Source: a bacterium (GTDB taxonomy: Bacteria; SAR324; NAC60-12). Taken from it: a stretch of 64,000 nucleotides of DNA. The translations under genes and the position numbers were made by a program. Shown here one piece after another: positions 50,560-62,295 of the stretch (its first letter is position 1; each line of letters starts with the position of its first letter). The notes below the pieces were generated by a model that saw nothing but the letters and a program-made list of their open reading frames with translations, was not told where the DNA came from and did no database searches. The stretch spans positions 288,001 to 352,000 of the forward strand of contig CBDDTI010000745.1 in NCBI GenBank assembly GCA_965233585.1. Reading direction: 5' to 3'.

Positions 50560-51270
50560 TTGTTGCAAATGGCAAATTTGTCCCCCTTTCCTATCACGAT
50601 TGCTCCTTCTGTCCTTTCTGCCAATCTGGGCATGCTTGCCGATGAAATCTTGTCTATTTCAGAATCAGGGGCATCTTGGATTCATCTGGACGTCATGGAC
50701 GGCAGTTTTGTCCCCAATATCACTTTTGGTGCAGAAGTCATTCGCTGGTTGCCCAAGCCAGAAGGTTGCCTTTTTGATGCACATTTGATGGTGCAAAATC
50801 CTCATCAGCATATCAAATCTTTTGCAGAGGCAGGAGTAGATGTGCTGACAGTGCATGCGGAAACATGCCCCCATTTGCATCGTACCATTCAAGACATCAA
50901 AGCTCATCAGATGCTGGCAGGGGTTTCATTGAATCCTGCAACGTCTTTGCATGTGTTGGATTGGATTCTTGATGAAATAGATTTGGTTCTCATCATGTCA
51001 GTCAATCCGGGTTGGGGTAACCAAACCTTCATTCCTGCATGCTTTGACAAAATTAGGCAACTCAAAAGCATGTTGTTTGACAAAGGCAAGACGATTCCAA
51101 TTCAAGTGGACGGAGGTGTCAATTTGGAAACGATTCCGACAGTGGTCAAAGCAGGTGCGACCCACTTGGTAGTTGGCAGTGCTTTTTTTAAAACCAAAGA
51201 TTACAAACAGACTTACGAGACGCTTTATCAAAAGGCACTAGAAGCCTCTCATTTTCAACAATTCGTCTGA
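50560..51270 (+). CDS. rpe: Ribulose-phosphate 3-epimerase
   Basis: IAPS, HLDVMDG.FVPNITFG, DAHLM, MSVNPG, QVDGG. Confidence 0.96.
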   Translation: MLQMANLSPFPITIAPSVLSANLGMLADEILSISESGASWIHLDVMDGSFVPNITFGAEVIRWLPKPEGCLFDAHLMVQNPHQHIKSFAEAGVDVLTVHAETCPHLHRTIQDIKAHQMLAGVSLNPATSLHVLDWILDEIDLVLIMSVNPGWGNQTFIPACFDKIRQLKSMLFDKGKTIPIQVDGGVNLETIPTVVKAGATHLVVGSAFFKTKDYKQTYETLYQKALEASHFQQFV

Positions 51271-51362
51271 TTCAACAATTTGTCTGAAACCTCAAATCAT
51301 TGTTCACTTTGACGCAACACGTAAGAAACTGACTGACCGCATTTAACAAGAGGACAAACATC

Positions 51363-52574
51363 ATGGGAGAAAGAACGAAGGAAAGGAAAGATTGTGAATC
51401 ATTGGGCATTTCCAAACGAGACTTGGACAAAAAGGGAGAGTCTCAAGATGCTGTGCAAAAAGCCACTGATTTTTTGGGAAGGATTAAAGCACCAACCACT
51501 GATGATTTCATCAAAGCAGGTCGTGAGATTTTTGGAGACTCTGCTTTCTATTGCTACCCGGGCTATTTAAACGAGTGTCGCACCGAGGCAGTCTTTTGGG
51601 CATATCCTCCTTATACTTTTAGAGAGATGCTAGAAAATTTGGAAAGTCACATTGAAGGCTGTGGGGGCATCAAAACTGATTACATCTTCTGCATTGGCTC
51701 TCCTAACAGATTTGACCATGGACTCTGGCAAAAATTTGAAACAACATGGAAAAAATATGAAGACAACAAACAACCACTTATTGAGTTCTATCTCATCATT
51801 GACAACCGAGTCAAACTATTAAACTTCCATAATTTGAGAAGAACTGACTTACATGGGGCAGATTTACAAGGAACTGACTTACAAGGAGCAGATTTACACG
51901 GGGCAGATTTACGGAAAGCTCATTTGAATCATGCCAATTTACGAGACGCTGATTTACAAGGTGCGAACTTACACGGGGCGGATTTGAATCGTGCTGACTT
52001 GCGGGGGACAGATTTACACGGGGCAGACTTACAAGGAGCAGATTTGAACCATGCTTACTTGAATGGTGCTAACTTAACAGAAGCTCATTTACACGGAACG
52101 AACTTAGATGGTGTGAACTTATTCACAGCAAAGCTCACAGGGGCAGATTTAACAGAGGCTCATTTGAATCATGCAGACTTAGCAAATGCCAACTTAACGG
52201 AAGCAGATTTAACAGAGGCTCATTTGAATCATGCGGACTTAAGTCAAGTTGATTTAAAAGGGGCAGATTTACAAAGGGCAAATTTGCAGCAAGCTAAGTT
52301 ACAAGGGGCAGATTTACGAAGGACTGATTTACAAAGAGCTAATTTAAGCAATGCAGATTTACGAGATGCCGATTTAAGTTGGACTAAATTAACAGGCGCT
52401 GCTTTGCAAGATTATTTGCAAAGAGCTTCTTTAAAACGGGCTAGGTTAGGCGGGGCAGATCTGCGAGGAACTGACCTGACAGGAGCAAATTTAGAAGGAG
52501 CTAAATTAACAGGCGTCAAGTACGATGAAGACACTCAATTCCCAAAAGGCTTTGACATCACCAAACGCGTTTAA
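51363..52574 (+). CDS. Pentapeptide-repeat protein with an uncharacterised N-terminal domain
   Basis: Long A(D/N)LxG pentapeptide tract ending in YDEDTQFPKGF. Confidence 0.9.
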   Translation: MGERTKERKDCESLGISKRDLDKKGESQDAVQKATDFLGRIKAPTTDDFIKAGREIFGDSAFYCYPGYLNECRTEAVFWAYPPYTFREMLENLESHIEGCGGIKTDYIFCIGSPNRFDHGLWQKFETTWKKYEDNKQPLIEFYLIIDNRVKLLNFHNLRRTDLHGADLQGTDLQGADLHGADLRKAHLNHANLRDADLQGANLHGADLNRADLRGTDLHGADLQGADLNHAYLNGANLTEAHLHGTNLDGVNLFTAKLTGADLTEAHLNHADLANANLTEADLTEAHLNHADLSQVDLKGADLQRANLQQAKLQGADLRRTDLQRANLSNADLRDADLSWTKLTGAALQDYLQRASLKRARLGGADLRGTDLTGANLEGAKLTGVKYDEDTQFPKGFDITKRV

Positions 52575-52688
52575 ATACACCGAATCGGGAGGCTAGATTT
52601 TCAGCCAGTCGCATTTTTTGATTCAAACTTTGGTTTGATTCAAACTTTATTGATTTCATTTTATTTTTATTTAATCTTGTCAAATTGA

Positions 52689-53708
<1,020 letters not shown>

Positions 53709-53739
53709 AACTTGAACAAGGCATCTTCTTTTCAAGGAG

Positions 53740-55080
53740 ATGCCTGCCAAGCAGATGAAAAAGACGATGAACAAAGTTTACTCTGTTAAAAATCTAGGAG
53801 GATGCAAGGTAGATTCTCCGCTGGAATGGTTCAAAGACCCTGCACAAAGTTTTGAGTTCGTGCCTGATGACCGCGCTGTCATCTATGACACCATTCGTGA
53901 GCATGACAACCAAAATACAACTGATTTAGATTTTGAAGCCGCAGGACCACGGCAAAAAATCTACTTTGACCCCTCCAAAACCAGGGTGGGAATTGTCACC
54001 TGTGGCGGTTTGTGTCCGGGCATCAACAATGTCATTCGTAATTTGGTCATGCAGCTCAATTACAACTACGGAGTGCATTACATTTTTGGATTTCAATATG
54101 GCTATCAAGGATTTATCCCTGAATATGCACACCCACTGATTGACCTGACGCCTGCCTCAGTGCGGGACATTCACACCAAAGGGGGTTCTATCCTGTCATC
54201 TTCTAGGGGACATCAGAGCGTTGAGGAAATTGTAGATTGCCTTGAGCGAAGAATGATCAACATTCTGTATTGCATTGGTGGAGATGGGACGTTAACGGGG
54301 GCGCATCACCTGTTTGAAGAAGTCCACAAAAGGGGGCTAAAGATAAGCATTGTTGGCATTCCCAAGACGATTGACAATGACATCAATTATTGCTTTAAAA
54401 CATTTGGCTTTGAGACTGCTTTTGCCAAGGCAGTAGAGTCTATCCATGCAGCAGATGCCGAGTCTCTTGGCGCTCCCAATGGCATTGCTTTGGTGAAGTT
54501 GATGGGTCGTGATTCAGGTTTTATTGCTGCCAACACAGTGCTTGCCTGCCCTGCTGTGAACTATGTCTTAATCCCTGAAGTGCCTTTTTCGTTAGATGGA
54601 GAGACAGGGTTATTGAGACAGTTAGAAAAACGTCTGCAACGTCAAAGACAAAAAGGCAAAATTGCTCATGCAGTGCTAGTGGTAGCAGAAGGTGCGGGTC
54701 AGAATCTTTTTGAAAGCACGGCTAGTGAAACAGACGCTTCTGGCAATGTGAGGCATCGGGACATTGGACTTTTGTTGAAAGACCGAATCAGTGATTATTT
54801 TAAAGATCGGATTCCTATCAATTTAAAATATATTGAACCAAGCTATATGATTCGCTCATTGCCTGCCAATGCCCACGATTCTATCTTCTGTTATCATCTT
54901 GCAGACAGTGCAGTGCATGCAGGAATGTGCGGAAAAACTGATATGATGGTAGGCTATTGGAATGGCAAATTTACTCATGTTCCTTTGGATTTGGTCATTG
55001 GCAACAGGAAAAAAATCAAGCCTCATGGTGAGTTTTGGCGTAAAGTATTAGCATGCACAGGACAGCCCGCAAACATGTAG
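53740..55080 (+). CDS. pfkA: 6-phosphofructokinase (group X type; GGDG plus PKTIDND, predicted ATP-dependent)
   Basis: VTCGGLCPG.N, GGDGT, PKTIDND, LMGRDSGF, PSYMIRS. Confidence 0.9.
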   Translation: MPAKQMKKTMNKVYSVKNLGGCKVDSPLEWFKDPAQSFEFVPDDRAVIYDTIREHDNQNTTDLDFEAAGPRQKIYFDPSKTRVGIVTCGGLCPGINNVIRNLVMQLNYNYGVHYIFGFQYGYQGFIPEYAHPLIDLTPASVRDIHTKGGSILSSSRGHQSVEEIVDCLERRMINILYCIGGDGTLTGAHHLFEEVHKRGLKISIVGIPKTIDNDINYCFKTFGFETAFAKAVESIHAADAESLGAPNGIALVKLMGRDSGFIAANTVLACPAVNYVLIPEVPFSLDGETGLLRQLEKRLQRQRQKGKIAHAVLVVAEGAGQNLFESTASETDASGNVRHRDIGLLLKDRISDYFKDRIPINLKYIEPSYMIRSLPANAHDSIFCYHLADSAVHAGMCGKTDMMVGYWNGKFTHVPLDLVIGNRKKIKPHGEFWRKVLACTGQPANM

Positions 55081-58000
55081 TTTGTTTTTTGCAATCTCTT
55101 GCCTTAGTGTGTCTTGCCTTCTGGCAGGCACAGGGTAGAGAATTGGCATGGAGTGCTGACAAACTTTCTGAGGCAACACAAGCTAAGTTGATTCAATCTT
55201 TTTTCCAAGATGGTCTCTACGATGCAGCTCAACAATCTGCCATCACCTACCTTTCTGAATACCCTGAAGGCAAATACAGGGAGTCAGTCCTTTTCATTCG
55301 TGCCAGATCATTAGAACTTCGTCAAACACTTACCCAAACCTCCTTGCGATTGTATCAACAACTGCTCCGCGAGTTTCCCCAAAGCAAATGGCGTCAAGAT
55401 GCCAACATGAGTCTTGGCATTTTACACTTCCAACAACAACATCACAGACTTGCCAAAAAGGCATTTGTCAGAGTTTTACGACAAGACGCTGCCAGCCGTT
55501 ATCACGACCATGCACTTTATTGGTTTGCACTAGCCAGCATGCAGGAGTCCCCCATTCCTTATGCAGAAGTTTTTAGTGCGTTGCATGCTGTGACTCAAAA
55601 ATCTCCTTTGACCAAAGAAGAACAAAGAGAGCGATTTTACATGCTGACACAAAGTAGCTTGCACCTTAAAGATTTTGCAAAAGCCAAAGTGTATGCAGGT
55701 CAATTTGAAACACTTTCAGAAGACTCAAAACGTGTGGCACAACTTTTTTTCCAAATTGCTGTTACTGACTATGAAAGACAAGAATTTTCAGAAGCAGGGC
55801 AGTTTTTTGAAAAAATCATCAGGCTTCCTCGTTCCAAATGGAGTGATGAAAGCCTTTTTTTATCAGGAGAATCGCTTTATTCACAAAACCAAAGCAAGCA
55901 AGCCCTTTTGAAATATAAAAGCTATCTTGCAACCAAAGACCAGACTTATAAAAGCCTTGCACAATTTAGGTTGGGAGAGATTTATCAAACCTTGCAAAAT
56001 TGGGAACAAGCAGACCAGTATCATTTAGCATTCCTACAAAATCCAGATACTTCAGACCAAGCTCAACAAAGTCTAGTGCATCGCAGACTGGGTCAGTCCT
56101 ATTTGAAAACTAGGCAATATGAAAACTCCATCAAGCATCTCAAAATTTCTCTTCAAGGGAGTTATCAGAATGACCCCAGTGTGATTGCAGAATTGTCAAA
56201 GGCATTGCAGGCATCAGGGGACGTCACGCAACAGCAAGCATTTTTAAAAGAGGCTAAGAACAATCAAAACCTGAACACCAAAGACCGCTATGCTTTTGAG
56301 TTTAACTGGGCAATGCTTGCCTTCCAAAATGGCTCTTGCCAAGAGTTAACCAATGACTTGCAAAACATTCCCAAACAAGCCAAAGACGAAGAAAGGGTGT
56401 ATCTGGTCTATCTTCGCGGCATGTGCCACTTTGAACAAAAAAATTGGAAGACTGCCTCTGAAGATTTGGCAACCATTCCCATCACTTCACAGCTTTTTGC
56501 AACTGCCTTTGACCATCTGTTGGAGGCTTTGAGACAGCAAGAAGATTGGAGGCAAGTTGAAGCTAAGGTGACTCAAGCCAGACGTGCCACAGGTTTTAAA
56601 TTGCAACGCAACCATTTTTTAATCTGGGTGCAAGCAAATGTGGAACTCAACCAAATCCTTCGTGCCACAGAAGTTTACATCATTTTTAAATCTGCTTTGC
56701 CAGATGAACTAGGCGAACAAGAATTGCTTCATTGGGCAGACCTTGAGACAACTCTCAGCAACCACCCCAAAAGTGTCGGTCTCTACAAACAGGTGCTTGC
56801 CAACACCCAAAATCAAAATCTGACCTTTAGAAAAGAAGTTGTTGAAAAAATCTTTCAAGGACACGTGCAGCTGAAACAGATGACTGATGCGGCTGAAAGT
56901 TATCAAAATTTCCTTTATCCCTTTTTACAAGGCACAGACAGGCAAGCACTGGCGTTCAAAATTGCAAAAATCTATCAGGACTTGAAAAATCCAGAAGCGA
57001 AAGGCTGGTTTCAAAAAGCTGACACGGGAGAAGCTGATGACATCAGCATTGAATCTTCCTTGATTTTAAGCAATTTTGAGAGTTCAGAAGGTCAAATCAA
57101 GGGGGCAACTTCAAGGCTTCAAAAACTTTCTCAACGGAAGCTATCGCCTAAGTGGGCGATTCCTGTCTTGTCTCAACTGGCTCACTTCCAAGAACAGCAA
57201 AATCAGTTCAACGATGCTTTGAAAAGTTACCAAAAGATTGTGTCCTTGCCACGTTCAAAGGATTCTGTCAACAGACAACTGCAAGCAAGGGCTACATTGC
57301 GAGAAAGGCAGATTAGCAATTTTGTAGGAGAGAAGCAGGTAGAGCAATGGATTCAGCAAAAAAAGTGGAAGGCGATTAAATCATTCCTTGAAAAAGGATT
57401 TAAGAACAATCAGTTAACGCCAAGCCTTTATTTTTATGAGGGCTTATTGCTGGCAAAATTTAATTTGAAAGATTACAAAGGATTTTTGAACACTTATCGT
57501 GGTTATCAAAAGCAGAAAGGAGATGAAAAGACGAAGCTAGAGTTTTCCATCATGTATGCAGAATCTTTGGATTCTCAAAAGAAAATCAAAGATGCGTCAA
57601 GGGAATATAGGCAAATTTTAAAACGACTTCCTAAAAAAGATGTGGAAAGGCAAGTCTGGATTGCCAGAAGGTTGCGAGAAATTTATGAGCAGTTGAAATA
57701 TTTTAAATCTTTAACCATCACCTATCGTCAAGTGTTCCCTGTTTTAAAGACGGCATCTTTAAAAATAGAATTTGCTTATCTTTTGGGAACAACCTACATG
57801 GAAAAATTGAAAGACCCAAGCCAAGCTGCTTATTGGTTTCAAAAGGTAGATCAAGGAGGAGTCAGCGAATTTGAGATGCAAGCGGTTTGGAATGTTGTGG
57901 AATATGAAAGTAGTCAGAGTGCCTCAAAAGCGATTAAGAGGCTTGAAAAGGTGTCTCAACGGAAAAAGCTCAATGCGAAGTGGAAGCTGTTATTTCATTA

Positions 58001-58184
58001 CCAACTTGGCGTACTCTACCAAAATCAAGAACAATGGAACAAAGCACTTGCCAATTACAAAATTGTTTCAGGGCAAAAGGCGATTCCCCAAGATTTGCAA
58101 GCCTATGTTAAAGAATCGCAACAACAAATCCAAGCCATTGAAAATTATTTAAGCCAACTTCAGTCCAGTCAAAAGGCAAATTAA
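55053..58184 (+). CDS. Large secreted TPR-repeat protein
   Basis: Signal-like N-terminus; many TPR/BamD-like units (YLSEYPEG, FPQSKW, A.FRLGEIY). Confidence 0.8.
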   Translation: MHRTARKHVVCFLQSLALVCLAFWQAQGRELAWSADKLSEATQAKLIQSFFQDGLYDAAQQSAITYLSEYPEGKYRESVLFIRARSLELRQTLTQTSLRLYQQLLREFPQSKWRQDANMSLGILHFQQQHHRLAKKAFVRVLRQDAASRYHDHALYWFALASMQESPIPYAEVFSALHAVTQKSPLTKEEQRERFYMLTQSSLHLKDFAKAKVYAGQFETLSEDSKRVAQLFFQIAVTDYERQEFSEAGQFFEKIIRLPRSKWSDESLFLSGESLYSQNQSKQALLKYKSYLATKDQTYKSLAQFRLGEIYQTLQNWEQADQYHLAFLQNPDTSDQAQQSLVHRRLGQSYLKTRQYENSIKHLKISLQGSYQNDPSVIAELSKALQASGDVTQQQAFLKEAKNNQNLNTKDRYAFEFNWAMLAFQNGSCQELTNDLQNIPKQAKDEERVYLVYLRGMCHFEQKNWKTASEDLATIPITSQLFATAFDHLLEALRQQEDWRQVEAKVTQARRATGFKLQRNHFLIWVQANVELNQILRATEVYIIFKSALPDELGEQELLHWADLETTLSNHPKSVGLYKQVLANTQNQNLTFRKEVVEKIFQGHVQLKQMTDAAESYQNFLYPFLQGTDRQALAFKIAKIYQDLKNPEAKGWFQKADTGEADDISIESSLILSNFESSEGQIKGATSRLQKLSQRKLSPKWAIPVLSQLAHFQEQQNQFNDALKSYQKIVSLPRSKDSVNRQLQARATLRERQISNFVGEKQVEQWIQQKKWKAIKSFLEKGFKNNQLTPSLYFYEGLLLAKFNLKDYKGFLNTYRGYQKQKGDEKTKLEFSIMYAESLDSQKKIKDASREYRQILKRLPKKDVERQVWIARRLREIYEQLKYFKSLTITYRQVFPVLKTASLKIEFAYLLGTTYMEKLKDPSQAAYWFQKVDQGGVSEFEMQAVWNVVEYESSQSASKAIKRLEKVSQRKKLNAKWKLLFHYQLGVLYQNQEQWNKALANYKIVSGQKAIPQDLQAYVKESQQQIQAIENYLSQLQSSQKAN

Positions 58185-58283
58185 ACGCAAATTGGTTCAT
58201 GTCTGGCTTAATCTTGTTCCTCACTTGAATTTTAAACTTGGCATCTACTTTTTCAACTTAGAGTGTAATCATCTCTTAAAACG

Positions 58284-59804
58284 ATGAGCGATGTAGCAGA
58301 AGAGACAGAATTTAAAACTTGGCTGAGACCTCTCCCTAAATTTTTCTCGTGTGAAAGAGAGCTGTTGCATTCAGAATACTTGCTTCATTTACACGAAAAT
58401 GAAGAAGGTTTGAGGCAAAATGTGTTGAGTCAAATGATCTTTGGAAGTTTGGAAGTGAGCTTACAAGACATCATGCGGGATTTTGAGAAGGGCAAGATTC
58501 AAGAGGCAAGACTTGACAAACATTTGCGGTTTTATCTGAAGAAACGTAACAAACAAAGCTACCGACAGCATTTACTGGTCTTAGCCCGCTTGAGCCTTCA
58601 GTCTGCACGTTCTGCAAATACTGAGGCAGACCGAATCCCATTTTTATTCAAAGCGATTGACTTCTTACGAATGTATATTCACGCCACCCATGACACATTA
58701 GACTTGCGTGCTTCCTCCATCATTGTTCATCTTTTTTCTACATTACCTCGTTCTTTTGATGAAAAAATTGTGATAGAACAAAAGGTGTTTCGCTTATACG
58801 CAGAGCTTTACCGCATTCAACGCAGAGCAGAAAAGCAGGGAGTAGAGTATCGGGATAGCCCCTTGTTGCGGACAAAGATTGCTAAACTGTATGTGGAACA
58901 AAAAAATTATTACGATGGGTTAAGTCAGTTTCATGTCCTTGCAAATAACCTCGCCTTACAGCATCGGCAGACACCAAACACGAAGCTCAAACTTGCACAA
59001 GCCCACGCATGGATTGCCAACATCTTGCAAGAGATGATTCACTATGCACAACCCGGGCAAGCCACCATTCTGGTTAACTTCATTTACCGTTACAACAGAG
59101 ATTATGCAACAAGGTCTGTTCCTTATCCTGTGCCTGTTTTAAAGAGGAATGATGCGGTTTCTATGAGATATGTCAAGAAGAAGTTCATTGAATTTGCAAA
59201 CCAACGTTATCAACAAGTAGAAGCTATTGCCAAAGAAGTTTATCAATCTGGTTACGTTGTCAACCCAATCCTGCTTGACGAATTGGCATTTGCCAAAGTC
59301 CCTGCCCCTGTCATTCGTGCCTTAAAAACTTGCCAAAACACCAAGTTTGTCTCTGCAGATGCCTTGTTTACCCATCTTGAAAAATCGTGCAAAATTTCTA
59401 CTCCTTTGCGTGACAAAATATGGCGGACACTGCTGACCCAAGAAGAAAACCTTAAATATTCAGGACTTGCCAGACTGAAGCGCAACCCCAAGTGGATTGA
59501 TGTCTATTTTCATGCCTTGTTCCAAATTGCCAAAAACCATGAGTATTTGCAAAATGGTGATGGCATTTTAAATTATGCACAAAAAGCCTTTGAATTGATT
59601 GAGCCTTTTGCGGCGTCTCAATATCTACAAGACAAGATTGATGTCATTCGTTTCATGCAACGCATTGCACATTCTTCAAAAATTCCATTTCGTAAGTGGA
59701 ACAAGAAGAAGAGAAAGCTATTAAGCCAAGATGTACAAGTGAAGCAAGGGAATTTTGAAATGGAACTAGAAAAAAAGAATTTAATCAAAAATCGTTTATT
59801 TTAG
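58284..59804 (+). CDS. Hypothetical helical protein (506 aa)
   Basis: Long ORF with no recognised motif. Confidence 0.7.
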   Translation: MSDVAEETEFKTWLRPLPKFFSCERELLHSEYLLHLHENEEGLRQNVLSQMIFGSLEVSLQDIMRDFEKGKIQEARLDKHLRFYLKKRNKQSYRQHLLVLARLSLQSARSANTEADRIPFLFKAIDFLRMYIHATHDTLDLRASSIIVHLFSTLPRSFDEKIVIEQKVFRLYAELYRIQRRAEKQGVEYRDSPLLRTKIAKLYVEQKNYYDGLSQFHVLANNLALQHRQTPNTKLKLAQAHAWIANILQEMIHYAQPGQATILVNFIYRYNRDYATRSVPYPVPVLKRNDAVSMRYVKKKFIEFANQRYQQVEAIAKEVYQSGYVVNPILLDELAFAKVPAPVIRALKTCQNTKFVSADALFTHLEKSCKISTPLRDKIWRTLLTQEENLKYSGLARLKRNPKWIDVYFHALFQIAKNHEYLQNGDGILNYAQKAFELIEPFAASQYLQDKIDVIRFMQRIAHSSKIPFRKWNKKKRKLLSQDVQVKQGNFEMELEKKNLIKNRLF

Positions 59805-59890
59805 GGACACTTTTTTGAAATGAAGGTTTTATAAAATCACAACCTCAAGTATCATTAAGGCTTTTTATTTTCGGTGCTTCCTTATTTTTC

Positions 59891-60478
59891 ATGTCATTTA
59901 AACCTTGTTCCCAATGCTCAAGAGAGTTGACGTTTCCTTTGATTTGTGAAGAGTGTCAACACTTGCAAGACTCCCATGATGCCAATTTTTTTGAGATATT
60001 GAATATCCCCCAAAGCTATCAAATTGATGTTGAACAACTTGAAGAAAATTATGAAGAGTTGACAGCACTTTTGCACCCTGATTTGTATGCAAATCATTCG
60101 TCTCACATTCAGAGTTTAAGCCGTCAGTATTCTATCTTACTGAACCAAGCCTACAAGACATGCAAAGATGATTTAGAACGTGCGATTTATCTGTTGGGCA
60201 TTGAGTTTGACAAGCCGTTGTCTGATTCTGTCTTGCCTCAAAATTTTTTGGTAGAAATGTTTGACCTGCAAGAACAACTTGCCAATTCTGAATTATCAAA
60301 GGCAGAGCAAGAAGCGATTCACCAGCAAATTGAGCAAAAAATCCAAAAATTAGAAAATGAACGACTTGCGTTGTTTGAGTCTGAACGCACGGCAGAGTCC
60401 TTTGAACTCTTGCAACAAAATATCAATGCCACCCGTTATCTTGTTCGTTTCTCAGACCATCAGGAGAATCAATTATGA
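59891..60478 (+). CDS. hscB: Fe-S co-chaperone HscB with N-terminal CxxC..CxxC
   Basis: J-domain HPD, LNQAY, RA.YLL, FL.EM..LQE; upstream of hscA. Confidence 0.9.
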   Translation: MSFKPCSQCSRELTFPLICEECQHLQDSHDANFFEILNIPQSYQIDVEQLEENYEELTALLHPDLYANHSSHIQSLSRQYSILLNQAYKTCKDDLERAIYLLGIEFDKPLSDSVLPQNFLVEMFDLQEQLANSELSKAEQEAIHQQIEQKIQKLENERLALFESERTAESFELLQQNINATRYLVRFSDHQENQL

Positions 60479-62277
60479 GTCATATCATCGGAATTGATCT
60501 AGGCACAACCAACAGCCTTGCGGCAATTCTGCTTGAAGAGGGTGCAGAAGTGATTGCACAAGCAGGCAATAGTGGCATCATTCCTTCTGTGGTTTCGTAT
60601 GTTGATGGAAAATGGCATGTTGGCGAAGATGCTCAAAACTTGTGCGAAACATACCCTGAACAAACCGTTTACTCCATCAAACGTTTCATGGGGCTAGGAA
60701 TCCAAGACCTTGATGACGTTGAGCAACTTCCCTACCAAGTGATTCCTGCACAACGAAGCCTTGTCAAAGTCAATTTTGGCAAGGAATCTTTCACCCCTCA
60801 AGAAATCTCTGCACAAATTCTTAAAGCGATCAAAAGGCACGTAGAGCAGGTTTTAGAGATGCCTTGCGAACGGGTTATCATCACTGTTCCTGCTTATTTT
60901 GACGATGCACAGCGTCAAGCCACCAAAGATGCAGGTCAAATTGCAGGGTTGCAGGTGGAACGTATCATTAATGAACCTACAGCTGCCGCACTGGCGTATG
61001 GGCTAGACCAAAAGCAAAAAGGATATGTTGCCGTTTATGATTTTGGGGGTGGAACATTTGATGTTTCTATTTTAAAGCTGACAAATCGGGTGTTCAAAAC
61101 TCTGGCAACTTGCGGTCATTCAAGACTTGGAGGAGACGACCTAGACCAAAAAATCATTGAAGCACTGCAGGAAAGGCATGCGTCATTGATTGCAAACCAA
61201 CCTCATTCCCTTCTCCAGCAACAGCTCAAACTTCATGCTGAACAGATTAAGAAAAATTTAAGCACACAGCTTGAAACAGATTACAAAATAGATTTGGGTC
61301 ATCAGACTATTGAGGGAGTTTTTCAAGTTGATGAACTCAATCAACTACTTGACCCATTGCTTGACCAGACTTTTGAGTTTTGTACTCATGCCTTGAAGCA
61401 AGCAAAGTTGACGAAAGACCAAATTGATGAAGTGGTGCTTGTTGGGGGTTCTACCGTCATTCCAAGAGTCAGGCATCGTACAGAAGAGTTCTTTGGTCAA
61501 AAGCCACACATTGCTATTGACCCATACCAGACTGTTGCCATTGGTGCGGCTATTCAAGGCGCCCAAATCGCAGGGAAACGTCATGATTTTGTGTTGCTTG
61601 ACGTGATTCCTTTGTCTCTTGGAATTGAGACGTTGGGTGGGTCGTTTCAAAAAATCATTTTGCAAAACTCAACCATTCCCTGCCAAGAAACTGAAAAATT
61701 TACAACACATGCAGACAACCAAACTGCCATAGAAATCAATATCTTTCAAGGAGAACGTGAGCTGGTGAAAGACTGCAGAAAACTTGGAAAGTTTAAGCTG
61801 TCAGGGATTCCGCCCATGCCTGCAGGATTGCCACTTGTAGAACTCACTTTTGAAGTAGATGTCAATGGTGCATTGACTGTTCATGCCACAGAAGTTCGCT
61901 CTCAAACGCAAGCAGAAATAGAAGTCATTCCCTCTCATGGTTTAACGCAAGCAGAAATTGACCGCATTATGGAAGACTCCATTGAACATGCAGTTGATGA
62001 CTTTAACGCACGTCAAGTCATTGACTTTCGCAATACAGCTCATGCGATGCTTCGTGGAATCTCAAAATCACATGAGTTTATCCAAAAAAATCTTGAGCAG
62101 GAAGAATATCAGCGTATGCAGCATCAAATCCAAAAGTTGCAAGACGCTATGAAACAAAACAATCCTGCACTACTCAAACAGGAGATTGACGACCTTGGGC
62201 AAATTGTCAGACCCATTGCTGATGCTATAATGAGCCAAAGTATTCTCCAAGAGCTTCAAGCACAAGAAGGTCAATAG
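60475..62277 (+). CDS. hscA: Hsp70 chaperone HscA
   Basis: [50 protein letters not shown]; paired with hscB. Confidence 0.88.
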   Translation: MSHIIGIDLGTTNSLAAILLEEGAEVIAQAGNSGIIPSVVSYVDGKWHVGEDAQNLCETYPEQTVYSIKRFMGLGIQDLDDVEQLPYQVIPAQRSLVKVNFGKESFTPQEISAQILKAIKRHVEQVLEMPCERVIITVPAYFDDAQRQATKDAGQIAGLQVERIINEPTAAALAYGLDQKQKGYVAVYDFGGGTFDVSILKLTNRVFKTLATCGHSRLGGDDLDQKIIEALQERHASLIANQPHSLLQQQLKLHAEQIKKNLSTQLETDYKIDLGHQTIEGVFQVDELNQLLDPLLDQTFEFCTHALKQAKLTKDQIDEVVLVGGSTVIPRVRHRTEEFFGQKPHIAIDPYQTVAIGAAIQGAQIAGKRHDFVLLDVIPLSLGIETLGGSFQKIILQNSTIPCQETEKFTTHADNQTAIEINIFQGERELVKDCRKLGKFKLSGIPPMPAGLPLVELTFEVDVNGALTVHATEVRSQTQAEIEVIPSHGLTQAEIDRIMEDSIEHAVDDFNARQVIDFRNTAHAMLRGISKSHEFIQKNLEQEEYQRMQHQIQKLQDAMKQNNPALLKQEIDDLGQIVRPIADAIMSQSILQELQAQEGQ

Positions 62278-62295
62278 GTCTGAGTTGGGAACGTC

